Position numbers and translations under genes: made by a program. Below the pieces are notes generated by a model. It was not told where the DNA came from. It saw only the letters and a list, made by a program, of their open reading frames with translations, and did no database searches. Of a DNA stretch of 64,000 nt, positions 62,692-64,000 are shown piece by piece (the stretch's first letter is position 1; the number at the start of each line of letters is the position of its first letter). Source of the DNA: Eledone cirrhosa (taxonomy: Eukaryota); contig OZ024749.1 in assembly GCA_964016885.1 (NCBI GenBank), forward strand, positions 46,128,001-46,192,000. The letters are read 5' to 3'.

Positions 62692-63899
62692 AGTTGGTCA
62701 TTAGAATAAATATGATTTCTATTGTTTTGTTTTTTTTTGTATTTTTTCGTTTTATTTCATAGGAAATAATTGTCAATATATTTTACTCAAAATATCCTCC
62801 CCGACAACATAACAGGGATATTATATTTAAATATGATACAGAGATGCTCAGTAGAATTAATCGAGTGTTTGTTTAAAAATATCATCGATCTGTTATATGT
62901 AAGTCTCTAGAGAATACTTTATTCTCTGCTACATTCAAAATGGAGTAAACAAGTTTTTTTTCGTCGTTATGCTTTATGTCGGGGACGTATTTAAATGTTG
63001 CATTGCCTTGAATCAAAAGATATTTCACGTACGCTGTTAAAATCTCCGAATGAAAATATGGATATTTAACATCATGTGGTGTTATTCAGCTCAGGCGTTT
63101 TCACAAAGTTTGATGTCAATGTTTGGATCCAGTTCTTACAGATCTTTCAGATGTAAATATATGCCTATATCTCAAGAGCGGAGAATAGAAAACGTTCTTT
63201 TTTTTCAGGTCAATCAGTGCACGAAAGCATCGAATCTTTTCTAATACGGTTTGATAAGGAAACATTAATACTATGAGGGGACCCAAGCTGGGACAATATC
63301 AAACCAGGCGACTGAATACAACTACAGATTACATATCCATATTAACATTTCGTTTGCTTGATCTACGTAGCGCTGATTGTCATTCGTAACTCATTGTCAT
63401 TTCAGAAATATACAGTTTAAATATCCAAGTTTACGCATCACAACGGCTAGTTTCGTAGGTAACATTCTATTCGAATCCTTTCAGTAAGATCTGACATGCT
63501 TCAACCCGAAACCGTATACTTATATATATCTCAAATACAAAATCATAATTTGATATATTTAATATATCTTTAATGTTCATATTAAATATTCTCAAACAAT
63601 TCGCATCTGTAAAAAAGTGGATGTACGCAATCTAATTTACTCAGCTAAATATTAGTAGCTACATTACGACAGATTCGTCGACGATGATTTCAGTTGCTTC
63701 AACATTGAAACAGCATACTCTTTGACATGGCTGAGTATTCCAAATAAAGACACCTGTAGACTTAATGTACTTCTCAGGGATAAACAACCTGATACCTTTC
63801 ACGATTTATACGTACCGATTCCCAAAATCTTTCTCTGTATCTACTTTCACTCACAAGGCTTCGGTTTTACATAACGTACGTAAGTTTGTATATAGATAG

Positions 63900-63940
<41 letters not shown>

Positions 63941-63953
63941 CATACACACACAA

Positions 63954-64000
<47 letters not shown>

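Overview
Eukaryotic, very AT-rich, microsatellite-saturated non-coding DNA with a 200-N assembly gap at 2079-2278. The SINE and repeat families look cephalopod (Octopus-like); that is an inference from recalled repeat sequences. I can support no host protein-coding gene. Almost every ORF in the track is a translated (TA)n, (CA)n, (GA)n or triplet repeat; the only protein-like relics are LINE C-termini (Tx1-like and RTE-like). The window also holds more than 12 tRNA-derived SINE copies and two non-autonomous Helitron-like elements. The main observation is a set of short families (here A-E, about 20 copies or relics) embedded in (TA)n tracts, most built as asymmetric fold-back palindromes. Families A-D carry full or partial minimal type I hammerhead-ribozyme motifs, including a U3-A8 compensatory core variant, and the hairpin apex sits at a family-specific position relative to the motif. 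They are probably Penelope-like-element or retrozyme derivatives. A near-canonical hammerhead lies at 49122-49164, and several inverted duplications of ordinary DNA are centred on (TA)n tracts. All alignments and folds were done by eye, so ends are approximate.
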